Counted from the first letter of the stretch, positions 18,263 to 28,668 are shown. The stretch is 33,492 nucleotides of DNA from a virus (IMGVR_UViG_2660238642_000001); one strand, 5' to 3'. The notes: generated by a model from the sequence alone, not told the origin. Numbers and translations are program-made.

Positions 18263-18692
18263 TGCCGTCACGGTGCTGAAAACTAACCCCGATATGCTGC
18301 GGATATTCGTGGATAACGGGAGTATTGCCTCCACACTGGCGACGTCGCTGTCATTCGAAAAGCGTTACACGCTCAATGTCATTGTGACCGACTTTACCGG
18401 TGATTTTGACCTGCTCATCGTGCCGGTGCTGGCGTGGCTGCGGGAAAATCAGCCCGACATCATGACCACCGACGCAGGCCAGAAAAAGGGCTTCACGTTT
18501 TATGCAGACATCAACAATGACAGCAGTTTTGATATCAGCATCAGCCTGATGCTGACCGAGCGAACGCTGGTCAGTGAGGTGGACGGCGCACTGCATGTGA
18601 AGAATATCCCGGAACCCCCGCCGCCGGAGCCGGTCACCCGCCCGATGGAGCTTTATATCAATGGCGAACTGGTGAGCAAGTGGGATGAATGA
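18225..18692 (+). CDS. R: Tail completion protein R
   Basis: 155 aa, the P2 gpR length, taking the second ATG of the track ORF that starts at 18222. Confidence 0.8.
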   Translation: MLKPDSLRRALTDAVTVLKTNPDMLRIFVDNGSIASTLATSLSFEKRYTLNVIVTDFTGDFDLLIVPVLAWLRENQPDIMTTDAGQKKGFTFYADINNDSSFDISISLMLTERTLVSEVDGALHVKNIPEPPPPEPVTRPMELYINGELVSKWDE

Positions 18693-19137
18693 GTTTAAGC
18701 GTTTTGAAGACCGGCTGACCGGACTGATTGAGTCGCTGTCACCGTCAGGGCGTCGGCGGCTGAGTGCAGAGCTGGCGAAGCGTCTGCGGCAGAGTCAGCA
18801 GCGTCGGGTGATGGCACAGAAAGCCCCGGACGGCACACCCTACGCGCCACGCCAGCAGCAGAGCGCCAGAAAAAAGACCGGTCGTGTTAAGCGAAAAATG
18901 TTTGCGAAACTTATCACCAGTCGTTTTTTGCATATCCGCGCCAGCCCGGAACAGGCATCAATGGAATTTTACGGCGGGAAGTCGCCGAAAATCGCCAGTG
19001 TGCATCAGTTCGGTCTGTCGGAAGAAACCCGGAAAGACGGTAAGAAAATTGATTATCCGGCGCGTCCTCTGCTCGGCTTTACCGGTGAGGATGTGCAGAT
19101 GATTGAAGAGATTATTCTGGCTCACCTCGACCGTTAG
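18685..19137 (+). CDS. S: Tail completion protein S
   Basis: 150 aa, coupled to R. Confidence 0.8.
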   Translation: MNEFKRFEDRLTGLIESLSPSGRRRLSAELAKRLRQSQQRRVMAQKAPDGTPYAPRQQQSARKKTGRVKRKMFAKLITSRFLHIRASPEQASMEFYGGKSPKIASVHQFGLSEETRKDGKKIDYPARPLLGFTGEDVQMIEEIILAHLDR

Positions 19138-19203
19138 TTGTGCCATTCCCGACACCTCATCGTCACATTGCCGCCGGTATGACCCGGCGGCATCCTTCCC
19201 GTT

Positions 19204-19839
19204 ATGAACACTCTCGCAAATATTCAGGAACTCGCGCGCGCACTGCGCAACATGATCCGCACCGGCATTATCGTCGAAACCGACCTTAACGCCGGTCGCT
19301 GCCGTGTGCAGACCGGCGGCATGTGCACCGACTGGCTTCAGTGGCTGACCCATCGCGCAGGACGTTCGCGCACATGGTGGGCACCTTCCGTGGGGGAACA
19401 GGTGCTGATTCTGGCCGTGGGTGGTGAACTTGACACGGCGTTTGTTCTGCCGGGGATTTATTCCGGCGATAACCCCGCGCCGTCTGCGTCGGCTGATGCC
19501 CTGCATATCCGTTTCCCTGACGGGGCGGTGATTGAGTATGAACCCGAAACCAGTGCACTCACGGTAAGCGGAATTAAAACGGCCAGCGTGACGGCTTCTG
19601 ATTCTGTTACTGCCACGGTGCCGGTGGTCATGGTGAAAGCATCAACCCGCATCACCCTGGACACACCGGAGGTGGTCTGCACCAACAGGCTGATTACCGG
19701 CACGCTGAAAGTGCAGAAGGGCGGGACGATGCGCGGCAACATTGAACACACCGGCGGTGAACTCTCATCAAACGGTAAGGTACTGCATACCCATAAACAC
19801 CCCGGCGACAGCGGCGGCACAACCGGGAGTCCTCTATGA
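19204..19839 (+). CDS. V: Baseplate spike protein
   Basis: 211 aa, the P2 gpV length. First gene of the V-W-J-I-H-G operon. Confidence 0.85.
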   Translation: MNTLANIQELARALRNMIRTGIIVETDLNAGRCRVQTGGMCTDWLQWLTHRAGRSRTWWAPSVGEQVLILAVGGELDTAFVLPGIYSGDNPAPSASADALHIRFPDGAVIEYEPETSALTVSGIKTASVTASDSVTATVPVVMVKASTRITLDTPEVVCTNRLITGTLKVQKGGTMRGNIEHTGGELSSNGKVLHTHKHPGDSGGTTGSPL

Positions 19840-20183
19840 CAGCGCGTTATCTCGGAATGAATCGCAGTGATGGCCTGACTGTCACTGACCTTGAGCATAT
19901 CAGCCAGAGTATCGGCGATATCCTGCGCACACCGGTCGGCTCACGGGTGATGCGTCGTGATTACGGCTCGTTGCTGGCGTCAATGATTGACCAGCCGCAG
20001 ACCCCGGCGCTTGAGTTGCAGATTAAGGTCGCCTGTTACATGGCCGTGCTGAAATGGGAACCCCGCGTCACCCTGTCATCCGTCACTACGGCGCGCAGTT
20101 TTGACGGGCGAATGACGGTCACGTTAACCGGCCAGCACAACGACACCGGCCAGCCACTTTCGTTAACCATCCCTGTGAGTTGA
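19836..20183 (+). CDS. W: Baseplate wedge protein (gp25-like)
   Basis: 115 aa, the P2 gpW length, coupled to V. Confidence 0.85.
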   Translation: MTARYLGMNRSDGLTVTDLEHISQSIGDILRTPVGSRVMRRDYGSLLASMIDQPQTPALELQIKVACYMAVLKWEPRVTLSSVTTARSFDGRMTVTLTGQHNDTGQPLSLTIPVS

Positions 20184-20187
20184 AACC

Positions 20188-21096
20188 ATGCCGATTATCG
20201 ACCTGAACCAGCTACCCGCACCGGATGTGGTCGAGGAGCTGGACTTTGAAACCATTCTCGCTGAACGCAAGGCGACACTGATTTCCCTTTACCCGGAAGA
20301 CCAGCAGGAGGCGGTCGCCCGTACCCTGACGCTGGAATCTGAGCCTCTCGTCAAACTGCTGGAGGAAAATGCTTATCGTGAGCTTATCTGGCGTCAGCGT
20401 GTGAATGAGGCTGCACGGGCGGTGATGCTGGCCTGTGCAGCCGGTAATGACCTTGATGTGATTGGTGCCAATTACAACACCACGCGCCTGACTATCACCC
20501 CGGCAGATGATTCGACCATCCCGCCGACACCGGCAGTGATGGAGTCTGACACCGATTATCGTCTGCGTATTCAGCAGGCGTTTGAAGGTTTAAGCGTCGC
20601 CGGGTCGGTGGGAGCCTATCAGTATCATGGTCGCAGTGCCGATGGGCGTGTCGCGGATATCTCTGTCACCAGTCCGTCTCCGGCCTGCGTCACCATCTCT
20701 GTGCTGTCACGTGAAAATAACGGTGTGGCATCCGAAGACCTGCTGGCGGTGGTGCGTAACGCCCTTAATGGCGAGGACGTCAGGCCGGTGGCCGACCGCG
20801 TGACCGTGCAGTCTGCCGCCATTGTTGAATACCAGATAAACGCCACGCTTTACCTTTACCCTGGTCCCGAAAGCGAACCCATCCGCGCTGCTGCCGTGAA
20901 AAAACTGGAAGCGTACATCACGGCACAGCACCGGCTGGGGCGCGACATCCGTCTGTCTGCCATTTATGCCGCTTTGCATGTGGAAGGCGTGCAGCGTGTC
21001 GAGCTGGCCGCACCACTGGCCGACATTGTGCTCAACAGTACGCAGGCGTCTTTCTGCACCGAATACAGCGTCGTGACCGGAGGCTCGGATGAGTGA
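20188..21096 (+). CDS. J: Baseplate protein J
   Basis: 302 aa, the P2 gpJ length. Confidence 0.85.
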   Translation: MPIIDLNQLPAPDVVEELDFETILAERKATLISLYPEDQQEAVARTLTLESEPLVKLLEENAYRELIWRQRVNEAARAVMLACAAGNDLDVIGANYNTTRLTITPADDSTIPPTPAVMESDTDYRLRIQQAFEGLSVAGSVGAYQYHGRSADGRVADISVTSPSPACVTISVLSRENNGVASEDLLAVVRNALNGEDVRPVADRVTVQSAAIVEYQINATLYLYPGPESEPIRAAAVKKLEAYITAQHRLGRDIRLSAIYAALHVEGVQRVELAAPLADIVLNSTQASFCTEYSVVTGGSDE

Positions 21097-21619
21097 TTCG
21101 CGACTGCTGCCGACTGGCTCATCACCGCTTGAAGTCGCCGCCGCAAAAGCCTGTGCGGAAATTGAAAAAACGCCGGTCAGTATTCGTGAGCTGTGGAACC
21201 CGGACACCTGCCCGGCAAATCTACTGCCGTGGCTGGCGTGGTCATTTTCGGTTGACCGCTGGGATGAAAAGTGGCCGGAAGCGACAAAACGCGCCGTTAT
21301 CCGCGATGCCTATTTCATTCATTGTCATAAAGGCACTGTCGGCGCAATCCGGCGTGTGGTGGAGCCGCTCGGCTATCTCATTAACGTAAAGGAATGGTGG
21401 GAGACAAACGACCCGCCAGGAACCTTCCGCCTTGATATCGGCGTACTGGAAAGCGGCATCACGGAGGAGATGTATCTGGAAATGGAACGGCTGATTGCCG
21501 ATGCCAAACCCGCAAGTCGCCACCTTATCGGTCTGAACATTATCCAGGACATTCCCGGCTATCTGTATACAGGCGGTGTGGTCTGTGATGGTGATGTTAT
21601 TACTGTTTATCCCGGATAA
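21089..21619 (+). CDS. I: Baseplate protein I
   Basis: 176 aa, the P2 gpI length, overlapping the end of J. Confidence 0.85.
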   Translation: MSDSRLLPTGSSPLEVAAAKACAEIEKTPVSIRELWNPDTCPANLLPWLAWSFSVDRWDEKWPEATKRAVIRDAYFIHCHKGTVGAIRRVVEPLGYLINVKEWWETNDPPGTFRLDIGVLESGITEEMYLEMERLIADAKPASRHLIGLNIIQDIPGYLYTGGVVCDGDVITVYPG

Positions 21620-21629
21620 GTGAGAAACA

Positions 21630-24254
21630 ATGAGCACGAAATTTAAAACCGTTATCACTACTGCCGGAGCCGCAAAGCTGGCAGCCGCCACTGTCCCCGG
21701 CGGGAAAAAAGTAAACCTGTCTGCAATGGCCGTGGGTGACGGTAATGGCAAATTGCCGGTGCCGGATGCCGGTCAGACGAAACTGGTGCATGAGGTCTGG
21801 CGTCACGCTCTGAATAAAGTCAGCGTGGATAACAAGAATAAAAACTATATCGTGGCTGAACTGGTTGTACCGCCAGAAGTGGGCGGCTTCTGGATGCGTG
21901 AACTTGGTCTGTATGATGATGCCGGAACACTGATTGCGGTCGCTAACATGGCAGAAAGCTATAAGCCTGAACTGGCTGAAGGCTCCGGGCGTGCGCAGAC
22001 CTGCCGCATGGTCATTATTGTCAGTAACGTGGCGTCTGTTGAGCTGAGTATTGATGCCAGCACAGTGATGGCGACGCAGGATTACGTCGATGACAAAATC
22101 GCAGAGCATGAGCAGTCCCGCCGCCATCCTGACGCCACGCTGACAGAAAAAGGTTTTACTCAGTTAAGCAGTGCAACAAACAGCACCAGTGAAAAGCTGG
22201 CAGCAACGCCAAAGGCAGTAAAAGCAGCCTATGACAATGCTGAGAAACGTCTGCAGAAAGACCAGAACGGTGGCGATATTCCAGATAAGGGCGCTTTTCT
22301 GGACAATATTGGCGTTACCAGCCTGACGTTTATGAAACACAATGGAATGATTCCAACCACTGACAATCTTGATTCCTATGGCCCAGAAGAAAAATATCTT
22401 GGAACGTGGTCATGTCCGTCACAATCCACTGCAAAACCAGAGTCTGGTTACCCTGAAGATAAAGGCAATGGGGTTCTGGAAGTATTCAATGCTGGTCGCT
22501 TTCACTGCACACAACGCTACACCACCCGAACCGGTAATATTTACATTCGGATGCTTGATGCAGAATGGAACCCTGTCAGTCCTGTATGGAGTGCATGGAG
22601 AGCTATTACAAGCGGGACTCGCCCATTAAGCACGTCAATTGACCTGAATTCTTTAGGTGGTGCGGAACACCTGGGAATATGGCGCAATAGCAGTACATCA
22701 ATAGCCTCATTTGACCGTCATTTCCCGGAGGAAGGGAGTTTTGGACAGGGTATTCTGGAAGTCTTTGAAGGCGGTCTGTATGGGAGGATGCAACGTTATA
22801 CCACCCGTAGTGGGACTATGTACATTCGCGGACTGACAGCCTCATGGGATGCAGAAAATCCACAATGGGAGGACTGGATTGCTGTTGGGTATCAGTCCAC
22901 GGGATGGACTTATTCAGGGGATCTTGATGACCTTTTAAAGCCTGGTATTTATAGCGTCACGAAACAGGCCACAAATGCACCTGTCACCGACTCTAAAGAT
23001 CTTGCTGTTGGCTCAATAGTTGAGGTGAAAAAACGTTGTGATATTGAATCGTATATCCAGACATATACGACTGTTTCAGCAACGGATGCCTATAAAAACC
23101 GGACATTTCAGCGAACCCGCGCCAGCGGTGAAACTGACTGGGGGGAATGGGCGGAAGTATACAACTCAAAATCATTACTCACTAAATTAGGTGTCGGCGG
23201 TGTTACCGACAGGTTATCCAGTCTGGACTGGCAGACCTACGACTTTATACCGGGCAGCATGATAACTGTCAGGCTTTCAGATATGACCAATATTCCCGAT
23301 GGGATGGAATGGGGCGTCATTGATACTAACCTGATAAATATCACTGTTGGCCCCAGTGAAGGCGGAGGTGTCGCCCGTTCAATGCAGGTATGGCGCAGCA
23401 CTTCAAACAAAACCAACTATCGTTTTTTTACAGTCCGCTTATATGGCAATCCTGGGGAGCGTAGCTTCAATATTCGTCGGCTACCAATTATCGACGAAGC
23501 CCAGACATGGGAGGCAAAACAGACATTCAGTGCAGGCCTTTCTGGTGAACTGTCCGGCAATGCGGCTACAGCAACAAAGCTGAAAACGGCAAGGACAATT
23601 AACGGCGTAAAATTTGACGGCTCGGCAAATATTGAAGCGTTTCCGCCTGGTGTTCCGCTGCCGTGGCCATCAGATACACCACCTGCAGGCTATGCAATCA
23701 TGCAGGGGCAGACGTTTGATAAGGCAGCATATCCGAAACTGGCTATAGCCTATCCTTCTGGTGTTATTCCTGATATGCGCGGCTGGACAATCAAGGGCAA
23801 ACCCGCCAGTGGGCGTGCCGTATTGTCACAGGAACAGGACGGGATTAAATCGCATACTCACAGTGCCAGTGCGTCAAATACGGATTTGGGAACGAAAACA
23901 ACCAGTTCGTTTGATTACGGGACGAAGACAGTCAGTACGTTTAACTACGGAACAAAAACCACTAATACCACTGGTAACCATACACATACCATTTACAGAG
24001 GGAATGCCAATACTAATGGTGAAACCGGTAAAACAGGCTTTGACAACCCATCGTTTAATGGCACATCAGGAGCTGCCGGGAATCATGCCCACACGGTAGA
24101 TATTGGTGCACATAATCATACGGTTGGTATTGGTGCACATTCACACACGGTTGCTATTGGCTCACACGGGCACTCTATTACCGTTAATGCTACAGGTAAT
24201 ACAGAAAACACCGTCAAAAACATCGCATTTAACTATATTGTGAGGCTTGCATAA
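21630..24254 (+). CDS. H: Tail fibre protein (P2 H-like N-terminus, divergent repeat-containing distal part)
   Basis: 874 aa. The N-terminal ~190 aa resemble P2 gpH as recalled. The middle carries three ~45-aa internal repeats (QRYTTR[TS]G..YIR...W..W). The C-terminus is Gly/Thr/His-rich with HxH repeats ([32 protein letters not shown]). Confidence 0.85.
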   Translation: MSTKFKTVITTAGAAKLAAATVPGGKKVNLSAMAVGDGNGKLPVPDAGQTKLVHEVWRHALNKVSVDNKNKNYIVAELVVPPEVGGFWMRELGLYDDAGTLIAVANMAESYKPELAEGSGRAQTCRMVIIVSNVASVELSIDASTVMATQDYVDDKIAEHEQSRRHPDATLTEKGFTQLSSATNSTSEKLAATPKAVKAAYDNAEKRLQKDQNGGDIPDKGAFLDNIGVTSLTFMKHNGMIPTTDNLDSYGPEEKYLGTWSCPSQSTAKPESGYPEDKGNGVLEVFNAGRFHCTQRYTTRTGNIYIRMLDAEWNPVSPVWSAWRAITSGTRPLSTSIDLNSLGGAEHLGIWRNSSTSIASFDRHFPEEGSFGQGILEVFEGGLYGRMQRYTTRSGTMYIRGLTASWDAENPQWEDWIAVGYQSTGWTYSGDLDDLLKPGIYSVTKQATNAPVTDSKDLAVGSIVEVKKRCDIESYIQTYTTVSATDAYKNRTFQRTRASGETDWGEWAEVYNSKSLLTKLGVGGVTDRLSSLDWQTYDFIPGSMITVRLSDMTNIPDGMEWGVIDTNLINITVGPSEGGGVARSMQVWRSTSNKTNYRFFTVRLYGNPGERSFNIRRLPIIDEAQTWEAKQTFSAGLSGELSGNAATATKLKTARTINGVKFDGSANIEAFPPGVPLPWPSDTPPAGYAIMQGQTFDKAAYPKLAIAYPSGVIPDMRGWTIKGKPASGRAVLSQEQDGIKSHTHSASASNTDLGTKTTSSFDYGTKTVSTFNYGTKTTNTTGNHTHTIYRGNANTNGETGKTGFDNPSFNGTSGAAGNHAHTVDIGAHNHTVGIGAHSHTVAIGSHGHSITVNATGNTENTVKNIAFNYIVRLA

Positions 24255-24832
24255 TGGCTTTCAGAATGAGTGCAGAAGCACAAACTATCCGCGTTTTCAA
24301 TTTACTTGATGGAACCAATGAGTTTATTGGCGAAAGTGATGCATATATTCCGCCGCATACAGGTCTGCCTGCAAACAGTACAGATATTGCACCACCTGAT
24401 ATTCCTGCTGGTTATGCAGCCGTTTTCAATGCAGATGAAATGAAATGGGAGTTGATGGAAGATCATCGCGGAAAGACTGTCTACGAAACGAAAACGGGAG
24501 CAGCCATTTATATTTCTGAACTTGGTGCATTACCTCCAGACGTGACAGCCATTTCCCCGGATGGGGATTATCAGAAATGGAACGGAAATGCGTGGGTGAA
24601 TGATGAGAATGCAGAGCATGATGCACTTGTCAGAGCGGCGGAGTCTCAGAAGAAAGAGCAGATTGCATATGCCGGTGAAATTATTGGCACTCTGCAGGAT
24701 GCTGTCGATTTAGATATGGCTACCGAGGAAGAAAAGTTAAGCCTGACACACTGGAAAAAATACCGTGTGCTACTGAATCGCGTTCAGCCGGAAAATGCTC
24801 CGGATATAGAATGGCCAGAAATGCCGCAATAA
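24254..24832 (+). CDS. G: Tail fibre assembly chaperone
   Basis: 192 aa immediately after H with a coupled start. Confidence 0.75.
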   Translation: MAFRMSAEAQTIRVFNLLDGTNEFIGESDAYIPPHTGLPANSTDIAPPDIPAGYAAVFNADEMKWELMEDHRGKTVYETKTGAAIYISELGALPPDVTAISPDGDYQKWNGNAWVNDENAEHDALVRAAESQKKEQIAYAGEIIGTLQDAVDLDMATEEEKLSLTHWKKYRVLLNRVQPENAPDIEWPEMPQ

Positions 24833-24902
24833 ATCGTATTAGCTCTGGTATGAGATTACTCATCTATGGCACAGAGTAAAACCTAATCAGGCTGTCCGTT
24901 CC

Positions 24903-24918
24903 GTGCCAGGAGCGGACG
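24903..24918. repeat. Copy 1 of a direct repeat GTGCCAGGAGCGGACG (within a ~27-bp imperfect repeat that forms a hairpin)
   Basis: Exact 16-mer seen again at 25827-25842. The surrounding sequence GTCCGTTccgtgccagGAGCGGAC can fold as a stem-loop. Lies just downstream of G. Confidence 0.6.
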
Positions 24919-25229
24919 TTGTAAAGTTTATTTGGAGAATAATGGTTAGAAGAACTATGTAGATCATAGCCCTCTAAAGTCAGTAGTCTTACACCATATA
25001 AATGGTCATTTAGAGATAGTACACCACCTACAAAAAACGAGATAAAGCGTGCAAGCGGCATGAAGATACATAAAATACTCCATTCTGCACTTGATGTTAG
25101 GATGAATACTGACACTCGCTTTGTAAAGATAAAGATGATCTTGAGGATGATTAGTTTATTAATTATCTCCAATGTTTGTTATTTTGTGATGATAAAGATT
25201 CTCTGGATTAATAGGATGGTAATTCAATT

Positions 25230-25257
25230 AAAAGAGACCTTATAGAAGGCCTCTTTT
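25230..25257. terminator. Hairpin with A-run and T-run flanks (candidate bidirectional terminator for the reverse-strand 3-TM gene)
   Basis: AAAAGAGACC ttatagaa GGCCTCTTTT: 9 of 10 complementary positions, about 55 bp beyond the 3' end of the minus-strand ORF. Confidence 0.45.
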
Positions 25258-25312
25258 AAGTTATGAGAGCTGATTTTATATTCAATAGAGTATTCTCATC
25301 GAAGAAATAACC

Positions 25313-25660
25313 TCATAAAATGTAAAGACAGCCAGCAAAAAAAATACAGATAAAGATAAGGGAAATAGCACACTTAACTAAGGACTGAATCCCCCGAGGT
25401 GTTCCCCATGGTTTAGACATTTGGGTTATAACCCAAATAAATAGGGCCATAAAACAGCAAACACCAGCCAATCCGAGCAGAGATATTATGACAACTCCAA
25501 ACAGATTTCCAACATCTAGTTTATCTGTTTTTGCAACTAGGGTTAACAAACCAGCAATAATAGTTGCTATCGATATTCCCGCAATGGTTGTGAGATCAGC
25601 GATAACAGCCAGTTTTTCTTTAGTATTTCCTTGAGTAAAAACCTCTAAAATTGATTTCAT
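25313..25660 (-). CDS. Small 3-TM membrane protein (island-2 cargo, unknown function)
   Basis: 115 aa. ATG preceded on the minus strand by AGGTGG. Three hydrophobic segments of ~22-26 residues. AT-rich, reverse orientation relative to the late operons. Confidence 0.55.
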   Translation of the reverse strand: MKSILEVFTQGNTKEKLAVIADLTTIAGISIATIIAGLLTLVAKTDKLDVGNLFGVVIISLLGLAGVCCFMALFIWVITQMSKPWGTPRGIQSLVKCAISLIFICIFFAGCLYIL

Positions 25661-25826
25661 GGAAAATAACCACCTACTATCGATTATATTCAGGAACTTT
25701 TTATCATAACAATATCAGATAGATAAGGATATTGTAATATTTTGGATGATTTAAACTTACTTTTGTAACTCTAATGTCCACTTTTCGCTCACAGCGGACC
25801 TTTAGCTCAGTTACCTCGTCCGCTTT

Positions 25827-25842
25827 GTGCCAGGAGCGGACG
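25827..25842. repeat. Copy 2 of the direct repeat GTGCCAGGAGCGGACG with overlapping alternative hairpins
   Basis: GCGGAC..GTCCGC and CGTCCGCT..AGCGGACG are mutually exclusive stems in gcggacctttagctcagttacctcgtccgctttgtgccaggagcggacg. Lies between the divergent island-2 genes. Confidence 0.6.
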
Positions 25843-26102
25843 CTAACCTGATTGACGGGAAATCATATTAAGTCGGCATAAAAAATTAGAATATCTTTAG
25901 TGATTATTACTAATGTGTGTGTATAACTTATGCCTAATTTATCGCTCCGGCTGAGGGAATCTTGCCTCCGCTGTCACTTTTAGGTATGTTAACAACTATT
26001 TTTACAGTGGTTCCGAGTTATGCTATCTAACAGATTACTTGAACCGAGTCCGTTTATCAGTATGGCGTTTTATATGCTCAGAGTCCATCCAAGGAGTGAC
26101 TT

Positions 26103-26579
26103 TTGAAATTTGAACAAATCTATAAAAATATTACTGGCCTTAGCTGTCCCATATTCGGGATTCAGTGGAATGCTCCAATAATAGAAACTGACGAAGCGAA
26201 GAAGATCGTCATTTTTCTTGAGGACAAGCGCGTTCTTTTCAATCCTGTCGACATGGAGGGTGCTAGTCATTGCACTTCGAGTGTTATCAACATTAGATCT
26301 GAATTGACTAAAGTCCTACAAGGTTTGCCGAGCGATTCACATTTAGCAAAACAATTAAGGAAAATGAGAAAAGCATGCCAAGAATTCTGTGACAGCGTTG
26401 GCTCCCCTCACTTTATCCAACTTGATCATCCTGTTCAAATATCCATACTTGAGCGAGCCCTTTTTAAACTGCGACAAAAGTGTGGTAACTCTCTGGCAGA
26501 AATAGCGGTTACCTATGGTCTTGATGTTGATGACGGATTGGCCAGTATTATCCCTTTTAATAATCCCAGTAACATATAG
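26103..26579 (+). CDS. Hypothetical protein (island-2 cargo, unknown function)
   Basis: 158-aa ORF (track coordinates), AT-rich, non-canonical start, divergent from the 3-TM gene and followed by a strong terminator. No recognisable motifs. Confidence 0.5.
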   Translation: MKFEQIYKNITGLSCPIFGIQWNAPIIETDEAKKIVIFLEDKRVLFNPVDMEGASHCTSSVINIRSELTKVLQGLPSDSHLAKQLRKMRKACQEFCDSVGSPHFIQLDHPVQISILERALFKLRQKCGNSLAEIAVTYGLDVDDGLASIIPFNNPSNI

Positions 26580-26766
26580 CAATGACTATGAATTTGCTTG
26601 CTGGATTAATTATCATGCAACCGACAGTTTTGGGTCGGAAGCGGTTAGCAAATTAGTCATTAGTGAGTCGTTATGTCCGTTCATCGCTCAAAGCAGACTG
26701 TCAGATTTAATAGCGTTTTGATTATGTAACTTGTCAGTTGGAAGCTGAGTGAGAACAAATCAAGGC

Positions 26767-26795
26767 AGGCGGGCTGATTGCCCGCCTTTTCTTTA
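26767..26795 (+). terminator. Rho-independent terminator separating island 2 from the FI late operon
   Basis: Perfect 8-bp stem AGGCGGGC / GCCCGCCT with loop TGATT, followed by TTTCTTTATTT. Confidence 0.65.
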
Positions 26796-26890
26796 TTTGT
26801 TGTTTCATCCACTGGCCAGCCAGGTCAAATAGCGTCTCATGCTCTGCACAACAGAAAATAGTTGCACCCATTAACCACGGAGTTAAACGG

Positions 26891-28081
26891 ATGAGTGACT
26901 ATCATCACGGCGTGCAGGTGCTGGAGATTAACGACGGCACCCGCGTCATTTCCACCGTATCCACGGCCATTGTCGGCATGGTCTGCACGGCCAGCGATGC
27001 GGATGCGGAAACCTTCCCCCTCAATAAACCGGTGCTGATAACCAATGTGCAGAGCGCAATTGCAAAGGCCGGTAAAAAAGGCACGCTGGCGGCATCGTTG
27101 CAGGCCATCGCCGACCAGTCAAAACCGGTCACCGTTGTCGTGCGTGTGGAAGACGGCACCGGCGACGACGAAGAAACGAAACTTGCGCAGACCATTTCCA
27201 ATATCATCGGCACCACCGACGAAAACGGTCAGTACACCGGACTGAAAGCCCTGCTGGCGGCGGAGTCGGTAACCGGTGTTAAACCGCGTATTCTTGGTGT
27301 GCCGGGACTGGACACCAAAGAGGTTGCCGTCGCACTGGCATCAGTCTGTCAGAAGCTGCGCGCTTTCGGGTATATCAGCGCATGGGGCTGTAAGACCATT
27401 TCCGAGGTGAAAGCCTACCGCCAGAATTTCAGCCAGCGTGAGCTGATGGTCATCTGGCCGGATTTCCTCGCATGGGATACGGTCGCCAGTACCACCGCCA
27501 CCGCGTATGCCACCGCTCGTGCACTGGGCCTGCGTGCTAAAATCGACCAGGAGCAGGGCTGGCATAAAACGCTGTCCAACGTCGGGGTAAGCGGTGTTAC
27601 CGGCATCAGCGCCTCTGTATTCTGGGATTTGCAGGAGTCCGGTACCGATGCTGACCTGCTTAACGAGTCAGGCGTCACAACGCTGATTCGCCGTGACGGT
27701 TTCCGCTTCTGGGGTAACCGTACCTGCTCTGATGACCCGCTGTTCCTCTTTGAAAACTACACCCGCACCGCGCAGGTGCTTGCCGACACGATGGCTGAGG
27801 CGCACATGTGGGCGGTGGACAAGCCCATCACCGCAACGCTGATTCGCGACATCGTTGACGGCATCAATGCCAAATTCCGTGAGCTGAAAACAAACGGCTA
27901 TATCGTGGATGCGACCTGCTGGTTCAGCGAAGAATCCAACGATGCGGAAACCCTCAAGGCCGGAAAACTGTATATCGACTACGACTATACACCGGTGCCT
28001 CCTCTTGAAAACCTGACCCTGCGCCAGCGTATTACCGATAAATACCTGGCAAATCTGGTCACCTCGGTTAACAGCAATTAA
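26891..28081 (+). CDS. FI: Contractile tail sheath protein
   Basis: 396 aa, the P2 gpFI length, followed by the tube gene. Confidence 0.9.
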   Translation: MSDYHHGVQVLEINDGTRVISTVSTAIVGMVCTASDADAETFPLNKPVLITNVQSAIAKAGKKGTLAASLQAIADQSKPVTVVVRVEDGTGDDEETKLAQTISNIIGTTDENGQYTGLKALLAAESVTGVKPRILGVPGLDTKEVAVALASVCQKLRAFGYISAWGCKTISEVKAYRQNFSQRELMVIWPDFLAWDTVASTTATAYATARALGLRAKIDQEQGWHKTLSNVGVSGVTGISASVFWDLQESGTDADLLNESGVTTLIRRDGFRFWGNRTCSDDPLFLFENYTRTAQVLADTMAEAHMWAVDKPITATLIRDIVDGINAKFRELKTNGYIVDATCWFSEESNDAETLKAGKLYIDYDYTPVPPLENLTLRQRITDKYLANLVTSVNSN

Positions 28082-28093
28082 GGAGCCTGACCG

Positions 28094-28612
28094 ATGGCAA
28101 TGCCGCGCAAACTCAAGTTAATGAACGTCTTTCTGAACGGCTACAGCTATCAGGGCGTTGCAAAGTCCGTCACGCTGCCAAAACTGACCCGTAAGCTCGA
28201 AAACTATCGCGGTGCGGGGATGAACGGCAGCGCACCGGTAGACCTCGGCCTTGATGACGATGCGCTGTCAATGGAGTGGTCGCTCGGGGGCTTCCCGGAT
28301 TCGGTTATCTGGGAGCTTTACGCCGCAACCGGCGTGGATGCCGTGCCGATTCGTTTTGCAGGCTCTTACCAGCGTGACGATACCGGCGAAACGGTGGCCG
28401 TCGAAGTGGTCATGCGTGGACGTCAGAAAGAAATCGACACCGGAGAGGGTAAACAGGGAGAAGACACCGAGTCGAAAATCTCCGTGGTCTGCACCTATTT
28501 CCGGCTGACGATGGACGGTAAGGAGCTGGTCGAAATCGACACCATCAACATGATTGAGAAGGTGAACGGCGTCGACCGGCTGGAGCAACACCGCCGCAAT
28601 ATCGGCCTGTGA
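28094..28612 (+). CDS. FII: Tail tube protein
   Basis: 172 aa, the P2 gpFII length. Confidence 0.9.
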   Translation: MAMPRKLKLMNVFLNGYSYQGVAKSVTLPKLTRKLENYRGAGMNGSAPVDLGLDDDALSMEWSLGGFPDSVIWELYAATGVDAVPIRFAGSYQRDDTGETVAVEVVMRGRQKEIDTGEGKQGEDTESKISVVCTYFRLTMDGKELVEIDTINMIEKVNGVDRLEQHRRNIGL

Positions 28613-28668
28613 TTTTCATCCGGTCAGCCAGGCTGACCGGTTAACCCTGATTCAGAAGTGAGAAAACC

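Noticed and set aside
21630-24832. Invertible tail-fibre segment (Gin/Cin/Pin-type DNA invertase with alternative fibre C-termini)
   Set aside because: No invertase gene and no oppositely oriented alternative fibre or chaperone ORFs downstream of H-G.
24864-25245. ORFs 24864-25172 (minus) and 25060-25245 (plus) in island 2
   Set aside because: Low-complexity Ile/Leu/Lys-rich products typical of random frames in AT-rich DNA; they overlap each other and the hairpin at 25230-25257, and have no convincing RBS.
25795-25850. tRNA gene or tRNA fragment (TAGCTCAGTT D-loop-like string flanked by GCGGAC/GTCCGC)
   Set aside because: The segment cannot be folded into a full cloverleaf of tRNA length with anticodon and T-arms; more likely a regulatory hairpin or repeat.
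26102-26165. One-base disagreement between my hand translation of the displayed bases and the ORF-track protein for 26103-26579
   Set aside because: Most likely my own miscount of a T-run; I used the ORF-track coordinates and did not interpret it as a frameshift.
26070-26721. ORFs 26070-26270 (minus), 26355-26582 (minus) and 26515-26721 (plus)
   Set aside because: They overlap the better-supported 158-aa plus-strand ORF. The 26515-26721 frame runs through to the terminator and could be a real small gene, but I have no evidence beyond an open frame.
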